Shown here one piece after another: positions 8,553 through 22,334 of a DNA stretch of 64,000 bases (positions within the stretch are counted from its first letter, which is position 1; every line of letters starts with the position of its first letter). The stretch comes from Obrimoposthia wandeli (Eukaryota): contig CDROCS010004055.1 of NCBI GenBank assembly GCA_977020255.1, positions 124,001-188,000 of the forward strand, written 5' to 3'. Made by a program: the position numbers and the translations under genes. Under the pieces are notes generated by a model. The model saw only the letters and a list, made by a program, of their open reading frames with translations. It was not told the DNA's origin and ran no database searches.

Positions 8553-11500
8553 ACAGTGGAAGAAGAGAAGAAGGAATGAATGCGGATAAAGAAAACAATG
8601 AAGTGGAATTTAACCAGATTAAGGAACATGGTTATAGAAGGAATAGCGATGGGAAATGTAGCGAGTTAGCGATCGAGCTATGAAGAAGAATACGAAAAAT
8701 CGGTAAGAAAGATGATGGACATGGTGGAGTGGTGTTGTAAGAACGGGCAGGAGGAGAAATCAGCGAAAACTGAGAAAGAGATAGACGAGCTAGAAAAAAA
8801 TGATGAAGAAATCAGTCAACTACTGATCAAGAAAGTATCAGAGATGAACCCAGAGGTTGGTTGGGCTGGGGATAGAAGGGTAGGATCAAAAGAGAATATC
8901 AGACTTAGAAGATTAAAAAAGTTAACTGTCCAAAAATTCAGTGGGAATTTAAGAGAATATGCAGCGTGGAAAGCAGTATTTGAGGTATACGTACACAACG
9001 CAAGTGGAGAAGCAGGCGAGAAACTCTTATATCTCCGGGATTGATTGAGAGGTAAATCGTTGAAATTAGTGGAGAGTCTGCGTTTTTCAAACGAGGCCTG
9101 TGAAGTGGCAATCGAAAAATTGGAAAGAAGATATGGAGGACAAGAAAAAAGTTATAATTTAATTATAGAAGAGATCGAAAGATTTAAACCTCTTCGACAT
9201 GGAAAGGTAAGATATTGGGAACGATTTACCGATTTTCTGGAAACCGTAATAATTAAATTGATATCAATGGGTAAAGAAGGGGAGTTACGGGATGGCAAGC
9301 TGTTCCATAGAGCTCTTAAGTTATTGCTGGAGACAGAAATTATTAGCTGGGGAAGATATTGCAAGAAAATATGTACACCTTGGATAACTGAGCTAGGGAA
9401 GAGTCAGGGTATTTGCGAAAAGCTACTGACGTATCACGGGGAGTGGACAGAAGCGGAATGGAGCGAAAGAGAGCTACTTTCCACACACAGACGATGCAAG
9501 AAAGAAGAGGGGATCAATTTTAGATATCACGAAATAACGGAGTCAATAGGGCAGAACTTCCAAATTATGGGCGAGAACCGAGAAACGAGGAAAGGAGAGC
9601 TCAAAATCAGAGAACAATGTGGAAGAAGAGTTTCTGCAAATGCGGAGAAAATCATTATTTAAGCCAATGTGAGAAGTTCAAGAGCTTGCATTTGGACGAG
9701 AGGTGGGAGTTTGTAAGAAAGAATGTGCTCTGTTTTAATTGTCTTAATGAAGGCCATTGGCGAATGAATGCAAGTTAAGGAAGTTCTGTAATGTGACTGG
9801 ATGTCCAACAAAGCACCACTTCTTGGTGCATCGAAAATGTAAGGGGAGCACTATGTCATCGGTGAAATTCACAAACCACATTAAGATAGGTGGTAAGAAC
9901 AAAGTAATTACATTGAGGACCGTGCCAGTCGTCCTCAGAAATGAGAAAAGAACAGTGCAGGTAAATGCGCTATTAGATGATGGTAGCACCACCAGCTACG
10001 TCAACAGTTAAGTGGCGAAGACATTGAAGGCAGAAGGTACAAGGCAGACAGTACCAGTCAGTGTTATCGGAGGTAGATTACACGAAATAGCCACAACCTC
10101 GGTGACATTAACAGTGAAAGGGGTAGATAGTTGAGAAAGAATGCAACTAGATGCACTCACAGTAAATAACGTGACCGGCTACTTGAAAGTTTATGAGTGA
10201 GGAGATGTGGTACAAAGGTGGACACATCTCAGGAAGATAAAATGACCTCAGGGAGATAGAAGAATGCGGAAGGTGTATGTACTTATAGAAACCGATTGTA
10301 TGCGGGCACATCGAGTATTGAGAAAGATTGCTGGGCGAGAGGAAAGCCAGTGACAGGATTGACTCCACTCAGGTGGACATGTGTAGGGAAGGTCAATGTA
10401 GACCAGCGGCAACAGGTTAATTTCATAAGGACGTATTTTACAGGTAATGAGCAACTAGATCAGACACTTCAATGTTTTGGGAAAGTAGAGGAAGAACTGA
10501 TGAAATCTAAGATATCGACTGAAGACAATAAATTATTGCAGATGACAAAAGAAAATATGAGGTACGATGGCGAGAGGTATCAGGTAAAATTACCTTGGAA
10601 GATAGAAAAAGAGAAATTACAGAAGAGTCAGGAAATGGCGAAAAGAAGATTGGATAATTTGACACAACGTTTTAAACGGAATAATCAGCTAGAAGAAGCA
10701 TACACCCGAGTAATAAAAGACAACTTACAGAAGGGTATATTAGAGTAGTAGAAGAAAAAAATGAAGTGGGAACTAAGAGGTTGTTATCGCACTTCCCAGT
10801 AGTACGTAATGATAAAATTACCTCAAAAGTGAGAATTGTATTTGACACAGCAGCAAAAGTGAACGGAATCAGTTTGAATGAAGCTTTAGTATGTGGCCTA
10901 AAATTCCAGGGTGACTTGATAACAATACTAACAAGATTCCGACGGCACCCAGTAGCATTGATATGCGACATTCAGAGAATGAACCTACAGATACAGGTTG
11001 CAAAAGAAGATCAACCGTATCTTAGATTTTTATGGTGGATATATGGTAAGGTGCGGCAACTAGAGTTCAACTGATTGGTATTTGGTTTAAATACATATCC
11101 GTTTCTGGCATAGTTGATCACACAAGAGAATGCTAGAAGCTACCTAGGGAAGTATCCGAGAGCTGTTGAAACAATATTATATTCTACTTATATGGATGAT
11201 AGTATTGATTCAGTCACCACACTCGAACAAGGTTTAAAATTGAAGTATGAGTTAAAAGAAGTGTGGACTGCAGCAGGGATGAAAGCACGAAAGTGGTTAA
11301 GCAACAGCGAAGAATTGATGAAGACTGTACCTGAAGATGAGCGAGCTACCAAATGGAAGACAGAAGAAGAAGAAGAAGAAGAAGAAGAAGAAGAAGAAGA
11401 AGAAGAAGAAGAAGAAGAAAATGAAGTAACAACGAAGACATAATGAGTGAAATGGGATCCACGAGATGATCTGTTTAAATTTAATATCACCGAGATAAAT

Positions 11501-13195
11501 TTAGAGCGAATAACGAAAAGAACATTTCTCAGTCTCATAGCACGAATATATGACCCGTTAGGAATGGTGAGTGCATTTACTATAAAGGGAAAGATGATTA
11601 TGTAAGATATATGGTTAAGTGCTGCAGATTGAGACGATGAATTGGATGAAAAATTAACAACTACCATAAGGAAATGGAGCGACGATTGTTTATACTTAGA
11701 CAGAATACGAATGAATCGATGTTTAAAAATATTCGAGAAATCAGTGATAGATTACCACATTTTTGTAGATGCGTCAATGAAAGCTTATGGAGCAGTGATG
11801 TATGCTTGTAAACTGGTAGAGGAAGTGCGCAGTACATTAGTAATAGCGTAAGCAAAGATTGTCCCAATATCTACAATATGTCTACCAAGGTTAGAGTTAA
11901 TGGCAGCTTGTGTAGGATTAACCATTGGAAGAAAAGTGGCGGAAGCGTTAGAAATCGAAATGAAACAAATAACATTCTGGAGTGATAGCATGACCACGTT
12001 GAGCTGGATAAAACAACACACTCGTTTGTTCAAAACATTTGTAGTAAATAGAGTATCAAATATTCAGAGGCAAACAAAACCTAATCAATGGCGGTATGTT
12101 TTTACCAAAGAAAATCCAGCAGATTTTCTATCCCGAGGCATAAATTTAGAAGAATTGGTAAAGTCGAGAATGTGGTGGGAAGGTCCAGAATTTTTAAAGC
12201 AGGAGCAAAATGACCAAAATAAGAAAATAAATGCGCAAGAATCAAAAACTGAACGACAGAAGGAGCCTTGTGTTTTAACAAAACCACAAAAGTCAGAACC
12301 TATGTGGGACAAACAGACGTATTTAGGACAGAGACTTTTTCAGATTGGAGAAGACTGATTACAGTACGAACTTGGATAAATAGATTCGTAAAAAACTGTC
12401 GAGTTCCAAAATTAGAACGACAGGTGGAAACATTATCGATAGAGGAATTAGAAGATGCAAGATGTACTTTAATAAGAGAAGATCAAAAATTAAATTATCC
12501 ATATGAATTAAAAGCATTGGATGAAGGAAAATCGATTCCACAGAAGAGTATAATTTCCAGCCTAAATTCAATATTAGATGAATTAGTGATAAGAAGTAAT
12601 AGCCGAGTTATTACCATCAAGCACGAGATTTCCTATCATTTTAGCACAACATAGTTGGGTCACGTGGCTGATAATAAGAGATTATCATAAGAAACGAAAA
12701 CATATAGCTGGTGTAAATAATTTATTTAGTGAACTAATCAGAAAATTTTGGGTAGAAAAAGCAAGAGTGGTCGTACAAGAGTATCAAAGAAAATATTTAG
12801 AGTGTAAACGTCGTGCGAGAAAAGGAGTTATAGTGAAAATAGCCCCCTTACCACGAATGACATTTCTAAGTCCATTACGAGCTTTTGATAAAGTGGGGGT
12901 TGACTTCGTATCTAACAATGCAAGGCCGTGGCAAAATTCGACAGAAACGGTACCTTTGTTTGTTCCCGTACCTACAAACTCGATCAGTGCACCTCAAATT
13001 AGCATGGGGTTTGGATACAGATGCGTTTCTACGAGCATTCAAAAGAATAAAGAGTTTAAGACGAGACAAAGCAGGAGAGACACGAAGCTGTATAGTAGTG
13101 TTAGGTGGAAAGGAATTTGTACGGCCGGTAGCGAGGTTGTATCCACTAGAGGTAGAAGGAAGAGAAGAATGAAGATGCAGGAAACAAAGGTTTAA
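8553..13195 (+). pseudogene. BEL/Pao gag-pol, many stops and frameshifts
   Basis: Gag KFSGNLREYAAW; Zn knuckles; protease ALLDDGS; RT YMDD (~11190); RNase H FVDASMKAYGAV; integrase C-terminus RPVARLYPLE. Confidence 0.92.
11363..11419 (+). repeat. (GAA)19 microsatellite (poly-Glu) in RT/RNase H linker
   Basis: Direct count. Confidence 0.95.
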
Positions 13196-13267
13196 AATGG
13201 CAGTTGTTAGGTCATCCTTTGTAGGGTTGACAAACCAGGAGATCGGGTTTGGTCAAGGCGAGGGGTG

Positions 13268-13525
13268 TGTTCTGACGTAGTAAAAATAATTTTGTAAATT
13301 TGTAGTAAATTTGTTGTTGTAATAAAATAATTTAAATAAGTAAGTTAGATAATCTGTTGTCAACATAGTTTATGCGTTTTGCAAATTGACAAAGTATAAA
13401 AAGTTGTATTTGTTTGAATATTGCTACGTAGGCATCGGTGATTTTGAAGATAGGGGAGTTTCAATAAAATAGTTGGATTATGTTGAATATGACTTTTGAA
13501 ATGCGAAAATCCGGCCCACCAAATA
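13268..13525 (+). repeat. 3' LTR, preceded by polypurine tract AAGGCGAGGGG
   Basis: Direct repeat of the 5' LTR with several substitutions and indels. Confidence 0.88.
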
Positions 13526-13559
13526 TATTTTATTCATATCTTTATACACATTTCGTATT

Positions 13560-14260
13560 GTTTCAGCATTTCAATGATTAATTGCTTGGTGTGCCATCTA
13601 AATTCTGTCCCATAATTCTGCAAGATTTTTTATAGTCAATATATCATTACATAAAATTTCATCATTTTCCAGGCATTTTCTATTATAGATTAATCTGCAC
13701 TTCTCGCAGGCCATTTTCAAACTGATATCTTATCATTTTTAAAATATGCATTCACGATCTTTGCTGTATGTGGGCTAGTGTTATCTTGTTGGTTGATGAA
13801 AATAGTACCATGTTGTTCTCTAATAAGCGGAATAACTTTATATTTCATTAAATTTTGATAAATTTGAGAATTTATAGTGCCGTTAATTTTTTCAATATAC
13901 AAATATCCAGATGAACTTATAAAACCATATCCATCTATCATTATCTTAGGTCTTTTACCATCACCTTCATACGAGTCCCATGACAAGAAATTATCAGGGC
14001 CATCTAAAGAAAATTGGCACTCATCACGAAATATTATTGTATTAAAATTTATATTATCCTGGAACCCACTAGTTATTTTTTTTAACTCTATTACTTTTTA
14101 CAGGATCTTTAAGTACGATACGTTTTTTTGAAATTTCTTAACTTGAATCCTTTATGCAAGGTTCGTAAACTTATTGGTTCTGATACATCCATCATTATTT
14201 TCGCGGCCGTAGCTTTAGATTTCTATTTTTAAAATGTTTTATATAGATTTTTTATATTGT
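13560..14260 (-). pseudogene. Tc1-family transposase remnant
   Basis: SLDGPDNF, QQDNTSPHTAK and WPARSAD*SIIENAW motifs (DD34E-like). Confidence 0.8.
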
Positions 14261-17200
14261 TTTCTTAATTTATTTTCATCATATTTACATGGCATTCCCC
14301 TTTATTTCATTTTTTATGGTATATACAAATTTTTGACTATTTTCGTATCTTTTACTAATTTCAGTAATACTTATCTTTTGTTCCAAATCTCTTTTAATTA
14401 ATTTGAAAAGATGATGTGAATAATTTCTTTTGTAGTTTTTGTTCATTGTCATATAACTAGAAATCTAAAAAGTACACATGAAATACATAAAATTAAAAAA
14501 TAAAATGCGTTATCCAATCTTTTCGATTTTAAAAATTTTAGTTAGTCGCGAAATAATGTTAGAATTAATATTATGTTTAAACAAAAACACTAAATATTCT
14601 GGATTTTTTTAAATAAGTATAAGTTTGGAGTTATGTATTATGACTACCAATATCATTAGCAATTCGTTTCACTTTTTAATAGTAAATTTAATTTAAAATT
14701 TATTGTTACCCAATCTTTTCGTTGACTATATGTGATACGTCAAATTATCGGTTGGTGTATGGGCTTCTTGAGAATATCAAAATCATATTTAACCACAACC
14801 CCACATTTTTTTACAATAAACTTAAATATTAAAATAAACAGTTAGAATTTATTTCAAATTCCATCAGATCGTGGTCTATTTTCTCATTAGAGCTAGTCCG
14901 TGTTCTACTTACAATAATTGTATAACAGTTTTTGTATAATCCCGTAATAATGTACACTCAAGGAGTTAACAAATTTGTACGTTATTATCAATGTTCGTTA
15001 TGTTTAGGGTACTTACTTTTAGAAAGTTTGGACGAAATAATGATCTCCGGTACTGCATAACACTGTTTTAACCAGCGAGTAATTGTTGATTTATTAGCAT
15101 TGTATTTGCAAGTAATTCATTATGAATATATAAAGTAAATATTATGAATAAATTTCAAAGTCAAAATATCATTTCAAGCAGTAATTTCATTAAAAATCAA
15201 ATAATGGACCTACAATTATTGGACAAGAACATATGATTGAAATTAATTGATCTCGAAATTAATTGATCCATTGCTGCCTTTGCTTCAGTTGCGAAATTGT
15301 TAATCAGATAAGCATAACCAAAATATTTGCTCATAACCAAATATCAACATACTCATATAGACTAGATATTTTCATGCTGTTGAAATCTAACGTATATAAC
15401 CGCTTTAGTAATATAAGGATACAAATCCCCAATGGAGAGACTCGTACAAATAACGAAATTAGTCATATATTCTTTATGTATATTACATCAACAACACATA
15501 AGAACCGTTTTGATCCATCCAGTTATGTCTTATTAGTATATATCGCATGCATCAAACACACATACCTTCGGCTCCAATTGAACAATTGTCAAGATCATTC
15601 ATAAAATGACGTGATACAGCAATTTTACTGAATCACATAATTAAATGTACTTAGAAGTATATTTCATTAACTACATAATCTGAGCAGAAGGATTTTAAAA
15701 TGTAAGGTAGAAGTGTCTATAGTTTTCTAGAATCCTCGTACGGAAGCCTCTAATGTGAGTTCCATAGATATAGGTCTTATTGGTCTTCTTGGCCTACCTA
15801 GTCCAATCAAATCTGAAGGTGTGTATTTGTGATGTGTTCAGTTATTCGAATTATTTCCAAAAAAACTATTGAGGCTAAGGTTTCTAAGAATACTTATTTT
15901 ATTTTAATATTCTTCATTTCATTCTTCATTATCTAAAATGAGTGAGTCAATCAATTTCGCAACAAACAGAAGATTATACAATGTTTATATGGCACGATTT
16001 ATAATAATAAAATACTTATGACAACTATTTTTCTAATAGTTTTAAAAATATATATATATTAGTTTGACCTAAATTCAAACCCCCTCGATATCTCACATAT
16101 ATCACCTAAGTGAATGCAGAGTGGCAGGAAAGAAGGAATGGGAAATACATCTGTAAATTTCATCTCGGTCAGCGTAGATTCACTCGTTTGTTGACTGATC
16201 CTCTTACGTTTGTGAGGGAGGCATGAGACAGGATCGAAAGGCATGCTGGGTTGTGATAATCCTGGGTGTGAGCTTCTGAAGAACAGCTCTGGCTGTTGTT
16301 GTATATTGTTTCAGCAGAACTGAAAATAGTTGGCGGTCAGGCGTAACCCCTCCAGTCGTAGACATGATCCGAACACAGCGAAACCTCAAAGTGCAGATGT
16401 TAAAAAATGTCAATTGACGACCTGTCAATGAAACTTCGAAGTTATCATAGTGACAGTGCCACACAAGGGATTCTGATTAACTTCTGAGTTCCCTTATTTT
16501 CCCACGACTTTGTTGATGATTGTGACGAACAATTTAATTCCTTACAAGTTTATTTTCACAATGCTATTTCAATTAATTGGTTCGTTGGTTCTTTTATTTC
16601 TGGAATTCTGATAAGAATAACAATTTCCACGGATAAACTAATCAATTATTTCTCAATTTTTAACTGGTCAAAATCAATTTAAATTATACTTTCGAGCTGT
16701 TTCAAGGATAGAATAAATAAATTATTTCTCACTCTGGTCAAACTGGTCAAAATCAAATTAAATGATTACTTCCTTTCAAACTAAAATTTAATCAAATTTC
16801 TACTCAGAAAACGATTATTCAATTCTTCTGATATCAAATAGTCTGATGGTCTCTTGCACGACTTGATCTTTTAGTTCTGAGAATTCTGTTTCGAGTGATC
16901 GAATTGTCTATTAGCTACTGGTTGATTCTGTTGGCTTGTTCTGATCGGTATCCGACTTATCCTTGGTTTGTACGATCTGATTCGATGTCAGCTGAGAACT
17001 TCAATTTCACTCCTAAATTAAAAATTCGTTTACTAGATCACTGAATAAAAATAGTAAATATATTAATTGCCTCACCTTAAATACTTGTTTATGCTGGTTA
17101 TTTTAGACTCACTCGTTCAGTTGAATACCAGATACTGGTTATGTGGGAGATTGCAGCATAATTCTGAAGCGGCGATGTTTCTAACGCTATGTACGTTTAC

Positions 17201-17511
17201 GTATTCTGGCTCTCCGAATCTTATTCGATTTTTTTTGTAGTTCTCTGATATTAGTTATTTTTTCGTTGAGCTTTCGTTATCTTTTCCAGAGCCCTCTTTA
17301 CATTGTTCCTTCTTTTATAAACACATTCTCGTGGCATATCATGATCGTAATATCTTCATCATTTTCCTCATTTTATTTATCATTTCTTATTATATTCCTT
17401 ATTATAAATTCTAATTCTAATGTTATTTTATTTACTATAAATAATCGATTTTCATAATTGTATTTAATATATTTTAGTATCTTAACAGTTTAGCGATTTG
17501 GATTTGTACTT

Positions 17512-17767
17512 TATTCAGCAGGTTACCCGGTCATTTCTAGCTAGGATTGAATACTCGCTGATACTGCCATTGTAGCGCGTGTGCGGCCCCGGACATCTAA
17601 GGGCATCACAGACATGTTATTGCTCCATCTCATTTGGCTAAAAGCCATTGATTCCTCTAAGAAGTCCGTTTGTGCTACTTATCACACAAATACTATTTAG
17701 CAGCTTATAATCTTGTTCGTTATCGGAATTAACCAGACAAATCACTCCACCAACTAAGAACAGCCAT
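17512..17767 (-). rRNA. Isolated ~250-bp 18S rRNA fragment (pseudogene)
   Basis: Reverse complement contains TTCTTAGTTGGTGGAGTGATTTGTCTGGTTAATTCCGATAACGAAC and TCTGTGATGCCCTTAGATGTCCGGGGCCGCACACGCGCTACA. Confidence 0.92.
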
Positions 17768-18146
17768 CGAATTGTAACCAATGATGAAAAGTTGATTCAA
17801 TATAACAATCGACATCGGTCGGCTCAATGGGTTGATAAAAATGAACCTCCTATACACTTTCCAAAGCCTGAAGTTCACGAAAAGAAGATAATGTTTACTT
17901 TATGGTGGTCAGCAGCTGGTATTGTTCATTATAACTTTCTAAATTCTGGTGAAACTATTGATTTCGAAAAGTACTGTTTAGAAATAGAAGAAATGCATAG
18001 AAAATTGTTGATTAAACAACCTTCATTAATTAATAGAAAAGGTTCTATTATTTTACATGACAATGCTTTACCACATATTTCTAAAGTTACTAGTCTAAAG
18101 CTTAAACAACTTCGATGTGAAGTTTTAACTCACCCTCCGTATTCTC
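17768..18146 (+). pseudogene. Mariner (DD34D) transposase fragment
   Basis: RIVTNDEK...PKPEVHEKKIMFTLWWS...ILHDNALPH...HPPYS. Confidence 0.9.
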
Positions 18147-18307
18147 ATGTTCTTGGCAAAGTATATAATCTTCCTGTAGACCAGACGGCAGTAGATATTG
18201 AACTGTATCACCATTCAATGAAAATTCAAACAGACTATACAACAGCTGACGATTGCTGATCATTAGTGCCATATCACTAGTTAAAACTATAGCAACTTAT
18301 TCGTGAA

Positions 18308-18395
18308 CTATAACGGCCCAGATGCTGAGGAACGTGTCGTCGTATTCGCCACCGACTCCCACTTGTAACGTATCGTCTCTTGTGACACTTGTGCA
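18308..18395 (+). pseudogene. Probable MULE transposase fragment 1
   Basis: YNGPDAEERVVVFATDSHL resembles the MULE RILIFAT segment preceding DGTF. Confidence 0.45.
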
Positions 18396-19265
18396 TGTAT
18401 TGGGAATTATGTGTGCGTGCTTGTTTCATTAAGCTCGAAGGGAACAAATATATGTTTAGATTTTAAAAAAAATATGGTTATAAAAATCCAATTAATAATA
18501 ATTGGTTAATTAAAATATTAGTTTAATCAAAATGCCCACGATTGAGCGGCAAGTTCTAAAAAGATCATGACGACCAGCACTTTTGGCCGTTTCAGGCCAA
18601 ATAAGTCTTATATTTTATTTCGCAATAAATATTTACCGCAGAATAAAAAATAAGACAGTTAAAAATAAAGATTAAAAATAAATACCTCGTCACAAGAATC
18701 GCCCAGATAGCGGCGTTTTCTCCGACCAGTCTCCTTGTGGCATCGCGATGTTAGCGCCGTTATCTGGATCCAGCTTCAAAATGAATTGCATCACTGTGGG
18801 ATGCTTCGTCGCCGATGCAGGAGAGCCGGTGGTGCAATTTGGCATATGGGCGGTGGCGGTCGGAGACGGAAGGAAAGAAATGGCTATTTCGGGATCTCTT
18901 CGACGACTTGTGACATTTTGTATATTTGCTATAAAAAGCAACAGTTTGACTGAAAAATCTGCATTATTATTATTCAAACTAATTAATTGTGTATTTAAAT
19001 AAAAATTGTTTATAATCTTTGTAAATTATTAAAACTGAGGTGTGTATTCTAAAAATAGATTTAGAATAGTTAGAATCTGAAGAATTATATTAGTTTGGAA
19101 TGGTCAAAATCTAAAAATATATATAATTAATTTTGACATTTCCAACACATGATCGATTTGAGGGAGATACGCTGTCGGTTGACAATTAAATTTTTTTTTT
19201 GGATTCATACATTTATTAATTGTATAACAATTTTGTAGAGACAGTTGGATTCATATATTTAACAC

Positions 19266-19400
19266 ATGGACGGTACTTTAGCTGTTGCACTTCACCTCTT
19301 CCATCTACTGTATGTTAATGGAATTTTTGCCTCTTGTCTATGCTCTGCTCCAGCGCAAAAACTAGACCACATACAAATAATGCTTTGTGTGTTAGAGGAA
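19266..19400 (+). pseudogene. Probable MULE transposase fragment 2
   Basis: MDGTLAVALHLFHLLYV resembles MULE MDGTFxxxPxxFxQLY. Confidence 0.5.
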
Positions 19401-20149
19401 GCAGGATGTGAACCGTCGGTGGTGATAAGACCAAGGAAAAATCAATAAAAATTTACACTGAACTCCAAATCATACTTCATAATCTTTGTGAGGACAGGTT
19501 TTCTGAGCGAAAATCAATATCTGATAAATAAATGATTGAACTGTGATATTTGTTTTAATATTTTCTTGCATATTTTTTTAAAATCTTAAATGATTTAATT
19601 AATTTTTTTCTTTCTTATAAATTTTCCCAAATCTTTTTTTTTTCATTAAATTGATTCAATTTAAAATCAAACTAACTATTTCTTATAAATTGGCTCAAAT
19701 TTAAATTTTCATAAAAATTCTCAAAAATATCGAACACTATCTTCAACAAACTAAATTTACCAAAAATATCTTTTAAATCTTAAAATTAGAAATAAAAAAA
19801 GAGAATTCGAAACGTTTGCGCACCACTGACCATAAATATGTAAGTTTTAGCTATGTGCGTCATTACTGAATTCATTACTGAAGTTCACTATTTTTCGTAT
19901 AGTTTAAATATTCATATATTTTTAAAAAATTCAGCCGATTTAATTTTTTTCTGTATTTGTTACGATAAGCTGTGATTCTTTTGACACAGCTAACATATTA
20001 ATGCAATGTATAATGTTCAAAGCAAATTTAATTCTAAAGTAATGTTACGCATTAAGTCGTTAAATACATTGTATACTTCATTTTCTTCTCTTTGTTCAAA
20101 GTATTTATTGTTGATTGAGATTTAGTTTGATATTAGTACCAAAATTGTA

Positions 20150-20722
20150 TTAAAAATAAAAAATATTGGAAATATTTAATTAAATTGTATTGTACAATCC
20201 ATCAATTAATAACTTTGCGTAACATAAAATACATTTTATTCTTACCCTTTCACGAAATAGCATATTTCTAGACTAAATGTGTTAGTGTATTACAAAAATG
20301 ATATATGAAATCCATCGTCAGTGTCTTAAAATATCAATTTGGTAAAAAAATACATTTTGTAAACTCAAAATAACGATCTGGAAGGGACGAGATATTGAAG
20401 CTTGCACTAAATTTTGATGGGTCTAACTCGAATATTTGACTAAAATGAAAAATGTCTGGCTGGATTTTTCTGTTCGTGACGCTTCAAATTGTGTATTTTT
20501 CGTGTTTGTGCTATATCAGAGATGTCAATGGTCTCATCAAGAGCTATAGAAAAATGTTCAAATACCGATGATGTGGCCTTAAACTGTTGTTTTATGTCAT
20601 TTAACATTTAATCAATCCGTTCAGCAATATTATTGCTGGTTAATTAAATATCTTTGAAATTACATGTTTTTTTTTGTGAGCCGCAGATGTAGTTGTCTGG
20701 GGCCGCATGTTTGTCGTGCCTG
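20150..20722 (-). mobile_element. Internally deleted hAT (Buster/Charlie-like) remnant
   Basis: Minus strand: terminus CAGGCACGACAAACATGCGGCC, then DIKQQFK...FSIALDETIDISDIAQ. Confidence 0.7.
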
Positions 20723-22176
20723 AAATATAGTATGCTGCTTTTCAAATATGCTCATTGACAAGGACCTAGCTTATAATACAATTATATTTTCAGTAACTGG
20801 ACACCACATACCCGTGACATCAATCAATGAGTCAGCCAGTTGAGAATGAAGATTCTGATATTCGTGATTAAAAAATCCCACATGAAAATTGGTATATGTT
20901 TTACAGGTTATATACTACTGAATACCTATGGTAGACTGTGAACAACTAATATATTTGAAATTAATATTTTGAAATGATGTTTAGAACAAGAACGAATTTA
21001 TGTGTTGGAACCAGTGTTGTTACTTTTCTTATCGAAGACTCTAGCTCGTAAGTTCTTAAAAGTTTTTGCATGTTAAGGCATATCCTGGGTAGTCTCAAAA
21101 TCTGAAGGTTACATGGTTTTGTGTGCTAACAAAGGGTCGTAAAGAATTAAATACAATTTTTTACATAAAAGGTAAATCAACGACTATACAAATCTTAAAT
21201 AATTTTTACAAAATTTACAAACTTTTATAGTCCTTTACATAAATCGAAAGTATAAAAACGTTTACGTCGTAATGTCGTGTTATCAAAAAATGGGTTTGGG
21301 TATTTGATGTTAGAGTTGATGTCAAAGGGATTCGTGTGACTGACTACTATAGTCAGCCCGGGTCACCTGAGGCCATTCAACTCATTTTAAAATTTACTGA
21401 ATTCATTTTTTATTATTATTTCCGGCTTTTAATTAAATTTAATTTGTTCTTAATGTATCTTTGGCCAAGTATTTATATATAGCCAATTTCATTTAATTTT
21501 TTTAAATTAATTAATTGACCTCAACATCAACAAAAAGAGATTTTTTCATACTAACACATATTTGCAATTTCGAGTGTTTGTTAGGTTTAGTCCAGCCATT
21601 ATATAATAAAAACCAATCTTTAATGAAATGAAATTTGATTTTTGTTGTGGTTGTTAGAAATGAAGTTGAAATTGAATTTTAAAATAAATAACTTTTAGTA
21701 TAATCACTGAACAATTTTATCTTAATTTTGTAAATTATATGTAATCTTTCAACAATTGTAAAAGGATCAATTTGAAAAAGAAATAAATAAAAATTCACAA
21801 GAAAAAAAATGGAAAGCTTGTACAAGTGAAAGTAAATATTTATGAACTTATAAACTTGTGAAAAGACTCATTATTCTTTTTAATAAAATCCAACTTGAAC
21901 TCGGATAGATCTGGTAAATAATATCTAAAATAAAAGATCATAAACAAAGAAGTAATAAAAAAGAAGTGAGGAAAGATGGAAAGTAACTTGCAAAACAAAT
22001 ACAATCGATGCAAAACGTTTTGAGTGGTTTTGTATTAAACTTGCCAAGACTTTAGAGATAAAGGAAGGCAAGTCACTGTCCTTTAAAACCATCTGTGTCA
22101 GGTCTCGAGCATTTTCAGATAAGAAACACATTCACAATTTTAAATGACTGCTGACTTTCATTGGGACGAGTGAGAG

Positions 22177-22203
22177 TGGATTAGACCGGTACATTCATCT
22201 ACT
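22177..22203 (-). repeat. Isolated Polinton terminal tip of the element-1 family
   Basis: GTGGATTAGACCGGTACATTCATCTACT closely matches the element-1 end at 5344-5372. Confidence 0.7.
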
Positions 22204-22334
22204 AATCTTTCCTAATTTTTATATGTTAGTTGCCTTGATAGTTTGTCTCTTATGTGCTTCCGTCTGTAAAGATGAATTCTATACAACTTAAAATTTTGCT
22301 CATTTTTCGTCTTCTGAATTCCAGACTGTTCTAT

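Larger units (their letters stand above)
6846..13525 (+). mobile_element. BEL/Pao LTR retrotransposon, decayed
   Basis: Paired ~260-bp LTRs, PBS, PPT; domain order gag-protease-RT-RNaseH-integrase with Pao-type motifs. Confidence 0.93.

Noticed and set aside
6841-13530. Target-site duplication for the BEL/Pao element
   Set aside because: Flanks read GTATC and TATTT; no convincing 5-6-bp match, and the 3' LTR end is degenerate.
16500-17010. Possible gag remnant on the minus strand
   Set aside because: Purine skew is suggestive, but I found no motif I can support.
17512-17767. Functional rDNA locus
   Set aside because: Only ~250 bp, flanked by transposon debris.
18690-19002. Three overlapping ORFs in a GC-rich patch
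   Set aside because: No recognisable domain or consistent frame.
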